This document shows positions 11,059 to 22,796 of a DNA stretch of 38,165 bases, piece by piece. The number at the start of each line of letters is the position of its first letter. The first letter of the stretch is position 1. The position numbers and the translations under genes were made by a program. Under the pieces are notes generated by a model. That model made no database searches. It worked only from the letters and a program-made list of their open reading frames with translations, and was not told the origin of the DNA. The DNA comes from Octopus sinensis. Taxonomy: Eukaryota. The DNA lies in the NCBI RefSeq assembly GCF_006345805.1, contig NW_021835827.1:1-38165 (forward strand), read 5' to 3'.

Positions 11059-11132
11059 GTGTCAGTGTCTGGAATCGAATTCGGAATCTTGGTGCTAGTA
11101 GCCCACGCTCTTAACCACTACGCCATATGCCC
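10787..11132 (-). mobile_element. Composite: tRNA-like head, (TAA)n/(CAA)n, hammerhead-containing 3' module
   Basis: Head GGGCATATGGCGTAGTGGTTAAGAGCG...ATTCGATTCC (A box 11115-11125, B-box-like 11071-11080), tract 10978-11057, module 10787-10977 containing an HHR. Confidence 0.7.
10883..10929 (-). ncRNA. Minimal type I hammerhead ribozyme
   Basis: Minus strand reads GACAC-CTGATGA-A-GGCTG-GAGGGTATAT-CAGCC-GAAAC-GTT-GTGTT: stem I GACAC/GTGTT, stem II GGCTG/CAGCC, palindromic ACGT stem III, GUU triplet. Confidence 0.85.
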
Positions 11133-11690
11133 GTGGGCATATGGCGTAGTGGGCGAAGCGCCACCTGTCTTAGGAAATCACAAATTCAAAACTTATGTGA
11201 AACATTGGCATCTTGACTAACCACCAATATTCACACAAGGAACCAGATATAATTAAACATGACAAAAATATGATAATATTTTAATAATTGGTCTGCTAAT
11301 AAGCAATCGAAAGTTCAAAAGAAAACCGAGAACCTAAGACGTCCCCCGCACGCCTTAGTTCTTGAATTAAACCTATTGCACCTCCTGAACTCATTATCCT
11401 GTTGTTGCGATTATTGTAAATTAGCGAGTTGACAGAAATAGTAAAGCGCCGCACCGGGTAATTGTCAGTTATACAAAGGTGGTGGTGTTGGTGGTGGTGG
11501 TGGTGGTATGGTGGTGGTGGTGGTGGTGGTGGTGGTGGTGGTGGTTTCTCTGTCGGTTTCGACTTACGAAATTGACGCATAAATAAGCGCACTCTTAACG
11601 TAACTCTGATGTGCAATCGGTGCGACACGATGTCAAGAAGCTGAATATTTGAATAAGTGCAATCCAGAGTGAGTTTGTGAAGGAAAGAGA

Positions 11691-11733
<43 letters not shown>

Positions 11734-12060
11734 TGTGTGTGCGTGTGTATGTGTGTGTGTGTGTCCGTGCGTGTGTGTAAGTGTGTGTGTGTGAGAGATA
11801 GAGAAGGAAGCTGGGGGATGTTTTTAAATAGAACCCGAAAAGATGAAAGGGGAAGGGAAGTCGATTACGTCGACCACTACCCACCCACTTACCAGTAAAA
11901 AAAAATCAGTTTGAACACAAAGAGGAATATATCTGGTGATCTTCATAAAGATCACATGATCTCAACGAGATTTATACAGTTTCACCTTTATATAACCAAT
12001 TCTTTCATGAACCAAATGCGCCACAGAACACCAGATTATCTCTCCTTTGTACTTTTAACA

Positions 12061-12263
12061 CAGTGCTTTGCAAACTTTTTGCTGGAGCGGAACCCCAAGG
12101 AAACATTCCACTGGCTCGAGGAACCCCTGTGCAATAATTTAATAGTCTTATGCACACATATCTGCACAGGAGTCTTAAAAATTACTGCCGATTTTAGCAG
12201 TTTTTTGTAACTTCTTGCGGAAACCCTGGACTGTACTGGCGGAACCTTGGTTGAAAACCACTG
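12061..12263. mobile_element. hAT (Charlie-type) MITE, 203 bp
   Basis: Imperfect TIRs CAGTGCTTTGCAAAC / GTTGAAAACCACTG, perfect 8-bp TSD TTTTAACA (12053-12060 and 12264-12271), subterminal GGAACC motifs. Confidence 0.92.
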
Positions 12264-12354
12264 TTTTAACAAATCACTCGAAATGATATTTCTTACAAAA
12301 AAATCAATGCTTCCCCACATAACACAATAGCTATAAATTCTTTCTAAAATTGTT

Positions 12355-12490
12355 TTAATTTTGGTGCAAAACCGGTAATTTTGAGGGGCCTAGTCGATTA
12401 TCTCGTCCCCGCAAGCGCTCAGCTGCTACTTATATTATTATCTCCAAAGAGACGAAAGGCAAGTCAACCTCTGCCTAATTTGAACACAGC
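12355..12490 (-). mobile_element. SINE family B fragment
   Basis: GAAAGGCAAGTCAACCTC..AATTTGAAC and TAGTCGATTA motifs. Confidence 0.65.
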
Positions 12491-12604
12491 CGCGATAAAT
12501 ACTGCAAGACAATTTGTCCGACGCACTTATGACTCTGACAACTCCATACCTGACCACCTGTGTACTGGAGTAACTTGTATTGACTAAACTCTTCCAAGGT
12601 GAAT

Positions 12605-12740
12605 GCGCGTGGTGTTGTGGTTTGAATGTTGAACCAATGATCGTTAAGTCAAGGTTTCGAGTCTCAGAGCGAGCAACGTGCTGTACCCTTGAGCAAAGTC
12701 CTTTACTGCACGTTTGCTTCAGTTCCACGCATTTGGAAAA
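12605..12740 (+). mobile_element. SINE family C fragment
   Basis: tRNA-like head, GTTTCGAGTC box, CCTTGAGCAAAGTCCTT core. Confidence 0.6.
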
Positions 12741-13021
12741 AAGTAATAGCCAAAGCTGGAGGTGTAATAGAGTGCATCACCCCCTTTCTGTTTAAAAAGT
12801 GGGGACGGGTTGTATTCTCAGTCGCTTAAATTTCACAGAAAACAGACTTAGCTCCAGTCCAATCGGCCATTAGCGCTCAAAACCGTCTTTAAATCCATTT
12901 TCGCATGTTCGTCACTTCGTTACAATGTGACAAATCATTATGACTTTTTATTATCAAACTCAAAGTAACAAAGTAACAGAAAGGAAAATTATTTAAGGAA
13001 AGGAATAGTTTTCGGCAACTG

Positions 13022-13180
13022 GCTAAAAGGTGGCGCGCTTGTACAATCATTAGCTCGTCGGATAAAAAACTTAGCGGCCATTCCTCCGGCTCTTTGCGAT
13101 CTTGGGTCGATTTTGCCTTTCATTGCTTCGGTGCAGTCAGCTTCAGGGGTCAATGGAATCGACATTCCCTTCGCCTCAAA
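13022..13180 (+). mobile_element. SINE family B, internally deleted
   Basis: Head CGGATAAAAAACTTAGCGGC and GGTCGATTTTGCCTTTCAT. Confidence 0.6.
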
Positions 13181-14765
13181 ATCGCTGACCTAGAATCCCT
13201 GCAACGGAGCAGGTGGGGGGGGTGATCTCGGTCACTTGTTGCCATGGAAACCGGTTGACCGGCCTTATGAGTCCCAGGGCTTGACGCCTCCGTTCTCTGA
13301 CACCTCCTCTCCCCACCCCCATCCCCACACACAGTTATGTAAGAACGTGAGCGTAAAAGAAGGCTGTTGTTCTAGTTTGACGCTTTGCTTTTTGGCGTTA
13401 CGCTTCGTTTAACACTAAAATACCTTCAACTGTCACTCGGTTTGTACGCTTTGCGTTTTCCAGTATCAAGCACAAAAATAGCTGCATAGTTTCTTGTTGG
13501 AAAGAAAGAGCAAAGATTGAAATAAAATATTGTCTGTGCGATAGAGAGGCGAACTTGGTGGTGTGGTTCTAATACTGATCGAATCAAAAACTCTGTCCAA
13601 TTCTATGAATACACCAGACTTTCTTTTTGGGGTGGTAAATGAGCCAAAATATCTAATTTGGCAAGTCGAATGAACTTTCCAACTACATCAAAGACGAGCG
13701 GTTGGCAAAGTCATCTGCAGAGAATCCTGGAATAAATTCTTGAACATGGGGAGAGAAGGGGGAAGAATTGGAGGTTGGGTGAATTAGAGGTAAGGGGGTG
13801 GGGCACAATAGGTAATATTTACTGACTTTTTTTTTCGTTTTGAGAAAGAAAATGCTTTCCACAAATGTTCAATTCTTTGCAAATGACCGTTTCTGAGTGT
13901 ATTCAAAATACTATAGCATATTCCGAACACTGTTTCAGGAAATTTTCTCCGTTCTCTAGAGACAACTTTAGGTGGGGCAAAATTAGTAAGACAAAATAAT
14001 GTAAATTTGTCTATTCAATTCTCCAGAATTATATTTGAAAAAAGGACTCACACACACCAATGTCGATCCTTGGACATCAGAGTGATCATAAATGCAACAA
14101 AAATTTTAAGTGTCTTGGCCAAATGAAAGAGGATCATGGAAAAATGGCGCTTGGTATGAAGTTAACAAAACTCAACTAAATCTAAAACTTGATACAAAAA
14201 ATTCCTCTTGGTGATTCGCTCGGGTGGCTCTCTTCCTGGTACGTTTATACGCCATGCACAGAAAAAAATTATCAAAATTACTCGTTACTCATTTTGCCCC
14301 ACTTTGAACCTTTTTTTTTAATTTGAAAATGATCAAATTCGACAGTTGATAACACACACAGACACACACGCACACACGACGCACACACACACACACACAC
14401 GCGCGCGCGCGCATATTATATATATATACATAACAACATATCACACCTGCATTTTCATTAGACGAGAAAAGCCATTGCCAAGAAGACTTACTGAAATGAT
14501 TCATGATTATTGCCATGTGATGCCCTTATATGACTTTTAAGCCCAGCCAAACTTTTACACATTTTATTATATACTTAAACAACTGTGCTGGCTGGCAGGA
14601 GAAGCAGGTGCCACCATATGCACCCTCTTCGCATGTCTTTTTAGACCTCCAACTCAGAGGCATACCATTCCACATTTTACACATGCTCTGTTATGAATTT
14701 TAATAGCGACATCATTGTATATCATGGGTCGATTTCTATGAGAATTTTGATATATATATATATAT

Positions 14766-14938
14766 GTTGAAATTTACAGAAAAACGAAAGACGAAGACAG
14801 GTGTATGAACAACAAGCAAGTGTACTAGGAAAATGAAACTTTTACGTTTCGAACCTACGCTCTTCAACAGAAAGGAATGAGAGAATATAAACAGAGAGAG
14901 AGTGTAAAAAACTTATAGATTTCAGCGGTCCAGCATAG
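14766..14938 (-). mobile_element. Short hammerhead-bearing element (family H), 3' end at (TA)n
   Basis: Shares ACACCTGTCTTCGTCTTT and the HHR with 26241-26454 and 26544-26733. Abuts the TA tract at 14750-14765. Confidence 0.85.
14839..14874 (-). ncRNA. Minimal type I hammerhead ribozyme, A6U core variant
   Basis: CTTT-CTGTTGA-A-GAGC-GTAG-GTTC-GAAAC-GTA-AAAG. Confidence 0.7.
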
Positions 14939-14939
14939 T

Positions 14940-15113
<174 letters not shown>

Positions 15114-15323
15114 CACGTTTGTTTGAAGAAGTTAAGCGAAAGCGCTTGCACGCTAGAAAACAAACTTCTTCCCAAAAAAGTTTAGTAACATCCTGATAAA
15201 ATTTTTATAACTTTTTAAAATAATTGGGTTTTTTTTTAATCCTCTTTATACTTAAAAACTGCATAAGTAATTTTTCACAAAGAGGTTCAAATACATATTT
15301 GTGTGTGTGTGTGTGTGTGTGTA

Positions 15324-15492
15324 TACGACAGGCTTACACAGTTTCCGGTGACGAGATTCTTTCACAAGGTATTGGTAGGCCTAGGTTTATACTAGAAGAG
15401 AGCCAGTGTATTACGGCGCAAAGTGGAACTGAACCCGAAACCACGAAGATGCAAAACGAGTTCCTTAACCACACAGCCAGGCCCTCGCCTGT
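15324..15492 (-). mobile_element. SINE family A, 5' half
   Basis: TACGACAGGCTT..CAGTTTCCG and GTGGAACTGAACCCGAAACCAC match the family A reverse complement. Confidence 0.8.
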
Positions 15493-15625
15493 ACGACTAT
15501 GCGTTTCCCGATGTCTATTTATTTCGTTACTCATCATATCTAGAACCGTGTATGCACCTCTACATACTTAAACGGGGCTTTTGTATATGTTGAAGACAAC
15601 AGAGAGAAGGCTTTTAGTCGTTGGT

Positions 15626-15656
<31 letters not shown>

Positions 15657-16145
15657 TTGTTCATGAGGTTGGGGGGGGCAGACTGGAAGGGAGGAGAAGG
15701 AGGATGTTTTGTGGGGGTGGGGAGGTGGGTGCTGCTTTGTTATTTTCCAACATCTCTTCTAAGACAGGTGAAGCACGACCACATATTTATCTTAAGCCAG
15801 ATTAAATTCTTGCCTTTAAACTGAACATACCGCCATATTGGACTTCAAGTCTGTCTCAACCCCCATCCCAACCTAACCCTACACACATACTCAAGTATAT
15901 ATTTATAAGTATACATATGTATATATATATATAAATGTATACATTCATAAGTAGATGTACTTGCTTATTTAAATATGTACATGCTTACAAATATATATAT
16001 ATATATATCTTATACACATATATGCATACGCGCATATGTATATATATATTTGTAAACATGTACATATTACATATGCATACACACATACGCTCGATCATTT
16101 ACACCTGTCGTAACAACGAGTCGTGTGAGTATTATTTCGGTATGA

Positions 16146-16201
<56 letters not shown>

Positions 16202-16779
16202 TCATCTATTTTCGTGCATATTTCAGTGTAACATGCAAATGAGCACCAAACAACAGGCGCCTGATCCTAACAAATGGCGAAAATGAGTATATTCTCTACA
16301 GAAACGGATAGAAGAGATCAAAAAAATACGTGATGGTGGAAGCTTCGCTGCTATGGGCCACGAATTTCGTGTCAAAATATCCATCATTCGTTCCATTTAG
16401 AAAATGCATAGAGATGATTCATTTATCACTGTCTTTTTATCAAATCCCTATGGAAAACGACGATCGAGGCACCAGTTTATATTCATATTTCACTGACTCT
16501 ATTTTTTCACTGGTTCTATTTTTTTATTATTCGTCGATTGGTCGACTATTTAACTAGTTAACAATTAAATTGTTTGAATAATCATTTTGTTTTAATCAAT
16601 CAGTTATTTTTATAAAAAAAAAAGTCCTTTCGTCACCATTCACGACCTCTTCAATGACTTGCCCCTTCATTTCATTGTTCCTTTAATTCATATTTCCCTA
16701 TAAAACCGTGTGTAAATATTGAAGTTACTGAACGCCAGCAAGATACGAAGAACCGGGTTTATATCAGTCTCCAGAACAA

Positions 16780-17090
16780 ACATTAGAAAAGAAATTCGAC
16801 GAAATGCTACAAAGATAAGAAGAAATAAATTATACAGGCGATAAGAAGAAATAAATTATATTTAAAATGGATGACGAAATAGAATCGCCTCAAAGCAGAT
16901 CTTCAAAAATCTAAGAACGCTCTTTGGCACTCGACAAACGTCAGAAATTCTTTTTCTGGTATTAGGCGTGGAGAGAAGAGAATACGGACCAAGTTGTTAA
17001 AGATTTGGCGAAAGATTAAAATGTAATATTAACACAGGCGATAACAGCCGATTTCAACGCCGTGGACTGGGAAAATGAAACAGCGAAAAA
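16780..17090 (+). mobile_element. Possible decayed LINE ORF1 (coiled coil plus RRM, CR1/L2-type)
   Basis: Frameshifted LEKKFDEMLQ, RNSFSGI, EENTDQVVKDLAKD.NVILT and RFQRRGLGK resemble RRNNL.F.GI.E..EENTD.VV..L...I.R.HRLG. Confidence 0.4.
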
Positions 17091-17420
17091 TATATTTAAA
17101 AAATAATAATAATAATAACAACAACAACGTTAATAGTCACAGTTTAGCTTTACAAACTACAGGAATAACCAACAAGTTCTTTGAAACTAGCAAAATTTAA
17201 GAGAAAGAAACAACAATAACATTTACATAAAGGAAAATCTAACGGTCTTACATTTCAAAAAAAACCATCTCAGTGATTAATTATTGGCTGTACGAGGGTG
17301 AATCAGCGTTAAATAAAATGAAAGGCAGACGATAAATAGAAAATACGGAAGATTTAATGAGACTTCAATTAGGAATTCTGCTAATCAGTTGGTATGAATA
17401 TTGTATTATGTTATACCGCC

Positions 17421-17640
17421 AAGGCAGCGAACTTGTAGAATCGTTAGCGCATCGGATAAAAATGTTTAGCGGCATTTGTTTCGGTTCTTTACGTTCTGAG
17501 TTCAAATTCTGCAGAGGTCGACTTGACTTTTCATCTTTCCGAGATCAAAAAAAATAAAGTACCAGTCAAGTACTGGGTCGATGTAATTGACGAACCTCTC
17601 TCCTCTCAAAATTTCAGGCCTTGTACATATAGTAGAAGGA
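17421..17640 (+). mobile_element. SINE family B, near full length
   Basis: Head GGCAGCGAACTTGTAGAATCGTTAGC, GTTCTGAGTTCAAATT, central domain, AATTTCAGGCCTTGT tail. Confidence 0.85.
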
Positions 17641-18132
17641 ATATTTATATTACTAGCGGGACCCGGAAATATTTAACGGAATTAATGGAAAACCTATCAG
17701 GTTATTTCTGAAAACTTTATCCCAAAAACCTGAAAGCGTAACCTGTGTTGCGTCTGTATGGAAAGACAGTCACTCATCTGCAATTCATTGAAAAGTGAAG
17801 GAAATTGGAATAATACACCTTATTTACTTTATGCACAAGTTTATAAACTTAATACACAGCACTCATAAAATAAAGATTCACTCTTCTTTATCCATTTTCC
17901 CCATAAACAAAAAAAAACATATCCCGTGCATATGATACAACCTTTAGTAAAATTGCATATATCTGCCACATTAGTATGCGTGAATATTTCACGGAATTGC
18001 ACTTGTGCGCATGCGTTAAGTGATACGTGATATAAAAAAATTAATTCAATTAAAAGAAAAATACACTTTTTACTATCCAATTACCATCACCACCACCTCC
18101 ATCTCCACCACCACCACCATCATCATCTGTTT

Positions 18133-18169
<37 letters not shown>

Positions 18170-18399
18170 CTTTAACCTCACCATCAGAACATCACCCTTT
18201 TGCTAAAATTATTACGTTCCCCCTAACTCAAGTCATGGAAGCTTTTCTCTCTCCATATTTTTCTCTCTCACTCTCCTCTTTCTCCCCCTTTGCCTTATCC
18301 TCTTTTTCTCTCTCCTTTTACTTTCTCCTCTTTTTCCATTCAACTAATCATGTCAAAGCGTTGCACTTACATTCCCTCTACCTCATGTCATGGATGCTT

Positions 18400-18431
<32 letters not shown>

Positions 18432-18515
18432 CTCTCTCTCTCTCTTTTTCTCTAATCACGTGAAAGCGTTACCGACAGGCTAAGTAACGCAAGTATAAGC
18501 AGAATTATCATAAGA

Positions 18516-19101
18516 CTAGCTGGTCCCATGCCGTCAAAAATGACAGCTAATAGTAGTATTTTATAAATATATAGATAAGGTACAAAACCAAGTTTCTAGT
18601 TTAATAATACTTTTATTACCAAATTTTTTTGTGAAAAATCTATCCGCAACTAACGTCCCTTGACTGCTTGTTTCCTTCAAAAGAATTTTAAAGTTTTCCT
18701 TCCTTCTTGTACGACTTCAGGCCACATATAGCTGACCGTGGCTAAATACGGCAAGTAAATACCAACTTTTTTTCAAGCGATTGTTTTCTTTCAGTTACGC
18801 TCTCCATTACTGGAAACCAACATAAACTCATACGACTTAAAGCCACAAAAATCAGTCCCTGACCTATAGATGATGTTGTAAAAACTCCCTATTCAAAATT
18901 TAGTAAATAAATTTCTCAATATAAATAAATTAGGCATATGTATGAACTGTTAATTGTGTATTTATAATATACTTTTCAACTGCAGTCGTTTTATATTCTT
19001 GATACACTCAGGCAATAATTATTTTCTGTAATGAGTTTGTATATGTAGGTGTTTAGGTGTGTGTGACTGTAATAATTATTTTTAACGAAGCAGAATATAG
19101 A
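18516..19101 (-). mobile_element. Probable non-autonomous Helitron
   Basis: The minus-strand 3' end is CTAG followed by T, with a hairpin GCTGTCA-TTTT-TGACGGC (18530-18547) about 10 nt upstream. Candidate 5' A|TC end at 19100-19102 is tentative. Confidence 0.5.
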
Positions 19102-19530
19102 TGGTAAATCAAATTAATACGTTTGTCAGTGTTGTGTAGTGATTGTCTTTTTAGATGTGACATCGATCATCGTTTGTTACTGAAGGAACGCTGGTTCACA
19201 CCTACAAACATTCTCATACTTCCCTTGTATACGCACACACATACACACAAATACTCACGCAGAGTTGAAACGCTGTTTGATTTTTTTTCAGGGCTGAATG
19301 TTTACCATCCCACTTCCATTGCACACACACACACACACACCACACACACACACACACACACAGAGTTAAAACGCTGTTTGATTTTTTTTCACCGTAGAAT
19401 TTCCATCATCCCACTACCAGTTTGCCATGATCCCTTCCTTCCTTATTCATCTATCACCCCTTCCTTTCTCATTCATATGTTGTGACGGATAAAAACACAA
19501 GAGTATTATTATAGTAGATACTACCGGGGA

Positions 19531-19715
19531 GGCGAGCTGGCAGAATTCTTAGAGTGTCGGATAAAATGCTAAACGTCATTTCTCCGGTACTTTGCGTTCT
19601 GAGTTCCAATACCACCGAGATCAAGTGCACCATTCATTCTTCCGGGGTTGATAAAGTACCAGCTGAGCACTGCGGTCGGTGTAATCGACTTACCCCTCCC
19701 TTCAAAATTGCTAGC
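19531..19715 (+). mobile_element. SINE family B
   Basis: GGCGAGCTGGCAGAAT head, GTTCTGAGTTCC, GGGGTTGATAAAGTACCAG. Confidence 0.8.
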
Positions 19716-19994
19716 GTTAAACCTTGCAACAGACCGAAGTCCTGTTCAGAAGGAATATTGTAACCTCGGTCAATCTCATGCCATTGAAACCGAGTATCTG
19801 ACCCTATGAGACCTACAACTGAAGGAAAATATTTCTGTATTGTAAACACTGGGGGATACATTTAATCGATTATCCGCCTTCCTCCTACAAAACAGATGTT
19901 CTATTGCCAATATATAGTCTTGTTTTCGTCTGTCTCTGTGTTCTGAGTTCAAATTCCGCCAAGGTCGACTGCACTATCATTGTCACTGGACAAT

Positions 19995-20283
19995 CATCTC
20001 TTCGGCCCCATGAAAGGGGGTTTGAGAGGCAAACATTATTCCAGTGACGAGGAAGTGAAAACTGTAGTGAAGAAGTGGCTCAAAGAACAGTCAACAGAAT
20101 TTTACGGGGCAGGGATACATGCTCTCATTCGAAGGTGAAACATTGCTATTGAGAGAAACGGTGACTATGTTGAGGAGTAGGGATGTGATCCACAGCGGAC
20201 CAGCTTCATTTTGATGTATGATACATGTTGGTAATAATACCTGCTTTAAACAAAATGGCATTACTTTTTGACTCACCCTCGTA
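19995..20283 (+). mobile_element. Mariner transposon 3' end with terminal inverted repeat and TA
   Basis: HLFGPMKGGLRGKHYSSDEEVKTVVKKWLKEQSTEFYGAGIHALIRR*NIAIERNGDYVEE* (stop 20178-20180). Ends TTACTTTTTGACTCACCCTCG|TA. Confidence 0.92.
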
Positions 20284-20361
20284 CATAGGATGAGCCAGAA
20301 CATGGAGATGAAAATAGAAATATCACCAACAGTTAATATAATGACTAGTTACTACCAAGGA

Positions 20362-20605
20362 TTAATAAATAAAAATAAATGCGCCCTTTTAAAGCCAAGC
20401 CAGGCTCATGGCCCCGGTTTCCCGGTTTCCGTGGCGTATGTGTTCCCCATCTGGATGGGACGCCAGTCCATCACAGCGTTACTCACTTTTGCCAGCTGAG
20501 TGGACTGGAGCAACGTGAAATGAAGTGTTTTGCTCAAGAACACAACGCGTCGCTCGGTCCAGGAATCGAAATCACAATCTCACGATCATGGAAACCAAGG
20601 GTTAA
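20362..20605 (-). mobile_element. SINE family C-related copy
   Basis: GAAGTGTTTTGCTCAAGAACACAAC core, CCAGGAATCGAA B box, GGGACGCCAGTCC segment shared with 33805-34035. Confidence 0.75.
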
Positions 20606-20649
20606 TACTTAGGCCATATATCCATTAATCTAAACCAGCTACACTTCAC

Positions 20650-21230
20650 AGACCATGCAAATACATCCCTCACTTATAATACCATTGAAATACAAATACC
20701 TTTTGAAATAAACTGAACAGCGAACTAAACAGCATAACTGACTGCCTATAATCCAAGAAACTAGCTTTAGATAATTAAACATATTATAGCTCTACTAACT
20801 ACAGTAATCATATTATTGATATTACGAGTTTCCATTGAAATAAACTGCAGCCTTATAATAGACAGAAGATGGAATATCAGTACTGCATATCATCCATCAA
20901 CCCTTCTGAGGGACAGAAATACACAACAAACTTAGGTGGACCCAACAAGTTAATCTAATTAAGGCTTTTAAAAGTTATCCGTGCTATAAAAAGATGTATT
21001 GAATTCCCTGATGTGAATGTAAAAATATTTTTTGTGTTTCTCCTTCTGTAGCTACGTCTAAATTAGGATATTCTAGCTAGAGAAATACAAGCACAAAGGA
21101 ATTAAATGCCACTGAAAGACTCCAGAAAATGGCAATAAGAACTCAAAGAGTATTAAAATAGTTATACAATCACAGACTTCTGACATCCTGACAACGAAGA
21201 AGGGCAATGCCGCCTTCTGGGTTCATAGGC
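20650..21230 (+). mobile_element. Decayed CR1-like LINE, RT C-terminal region
   Basis: KVIRAIKRCIEFPD and SKLGYSS*RNTSTKELNATERLQKMAIR...YNHRL..TS*QRRR resemble RP.LEY.S.VW.P....I..IERVQ..ATR...Y..RL..L.SL..RR.R. The 5' limit is approximate. Confidence 0.6.
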
Positions 21231-21340
21231 AATAAATTACCAAATTATTTTGGTAAAATATTTAAGATCAGCGCCGATGCATACCAGGGTAAAACAATAT
21301 AATGAGATGCGATGATGCACGTGCTCATAACAGCAGATAC

Positions 21341-21731
21341 AGCTGTGAGAGTAAGGAGCTCTCTTTGCAACCAGGTCGTTTCGGTTTCAGTCCCACTCCG
21401 CGGCACCACAGATAAGTGTTTTCTATTATATCCCCGGGTCGATCAATACATTATGAGTGGATTTGGTAGGCGGAAACACAGTGGAAAGCCAGCGCATGCG
21501 CGCGCATGTGTGTGTGTGTTTATGCGCGTCTTTGTCCCTACTGAAACCACTTGACAACCATTGCTGGTTTGATTACATCCCCGTACCTTAGCGCTTCGGC
21601 AAGAAAGATCAATAGAATACGTACCAGGTTTACAAAATAAGTCCTGATGTCAGTTTGCTCGACTAAAAACTCTTCAAATCAGTGCTCCAGCATGGCCGCA
21701 GTCCAATGACTGAAACAAGTAAAAGGTAAAA
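21341..21731 (+). mobile_element. SINE family A, full length, diverged
   Basis: Collinear with 24902-25320, including the internal (TG)n and AAACAAGTAAAAG tail. Confidence 0.88.
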
Positions 21732-21764
21732 ACTTGAAGAAACATATAAATTTTCGACCTGTTG

Positions 21765-22131
21765 CTTGTTTCAGTCATTGGATTGCGACCATGCTGTCCA
21801 TCCCCTTCAAACAAATCGACCCAGAACAATTTTTTTTAGTCTGGCACACGATCTCTTTTGCCGAACCGCTAAGTTAAGGAGACATAAACAAACTCGCACT
21901 GGTTGTCAAATGGTAGTGGGGGGCAAACACAAACGCAAAGACATACATGGATATATATACATATGTGGTGGTGGGTGGGTATGTACGACGGGCTTCTTTC
22001 AGTTTCCGTCTAACCAATCCATTCATAAGGCTAGAGTAGAAAACACTCGCGCAAGGTGAGCGCAGTGGAACTGAACTCAAGACCACATGGTTGGGAAGCA
22101 AGCTTCTTCAACACACAACCACGCCTACGCC
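21765..22131 (-). mobile_element. SINE family A, near full length
   Basis: Reverse complement collinear with 24902-25320. Confidence 0.88.
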
Positions 22132-22384
22132 AGCTTCGTTAAGTATTAAAACAACAGATACAGCAGCAGAAAATAAGGTTCACACACATGCAATACACAC
22201 GCAGACAGACATCATATTGAAAGCGTAGAATATCTTCAAAGAGACAGACGCAGGGTAAGGGGCCGTGAATGGCGATCCTCACCAAATATGATTGATTGAT
22301 TGATTGATTGATTGAGTGAGTGAGTGATCGCACTATTAATCAAGTTATCGACTCATTAATTAGCTAATTGGTTAACAATAATTC

Positions 22385-22600
22385 ATTCTAGTATAAGCAC
22401 AAGGCCCGAAATTTTGGAGGAAGAGGGTGGCTTGCCGATTCCATCGATTCGAGTACTTGTCCAGGATTTGTCTTGTCGACCCCAAAGAATGAAAAGCAAA
22501 GTCTGTCTCGTACCTGGGCGGCAATTAAACTCAGAACGTCAAACCGGAAGAAATGCAGTTAAGTATTTCAGCGGGCGCGCTAACAACGATTCTGCCAGCT
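22385..22600 (-). mobile_element. SINE family B
   Basis: CACAAGGCCCGAAATTTT tail, AACTCAGAACGT, AACGATTCTGCCAGC head (reverse complement). Confidence 0.8.
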
Positions 22601-22655
<55 letters not shown>

Positions 22656-22663
22656 TAATAATA

Positions 22664-22794
22664 GCCCGGCACAGTCAGAAGAATCAGGAAAGTATTAGCT
22701 GAAGAGAATGAATAGAATGGTACCGTAGGCTGCAGGTAGTAAGCCCGCCATGCATGCAAGACTCCAGGAGCTCCAACAAAACTTGTGATAAAAA

Positions 22795-22796
<2 letters not shown>
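22664..22796 (+). mobile_element. Probable extreme 3' end of an R4/Dong-type retrotransposon inside (TAA)n
   Basis: GTVRRIRKVLAEENE* resembles the GTA.I.RKVL C-terminus. About 80 nt of UTR ends TGTGATAAAAAG then (TAA)n, with TAA tracts on both sides. Confidence 0.55.

Noticed and set aside
11058-11132. tRNA-like sequence as a functional tRNA gene
   Set aside because: No complete acceptor stem, and it runs into (TAA)n, so it is treated as a SINE head.
14384-14412. (CA)n(CG)n tracts as functional Z-DNA elements (also near 36550)
   Set aside because: Expected by-products of this microsatellite density, with nothing pointing to function.
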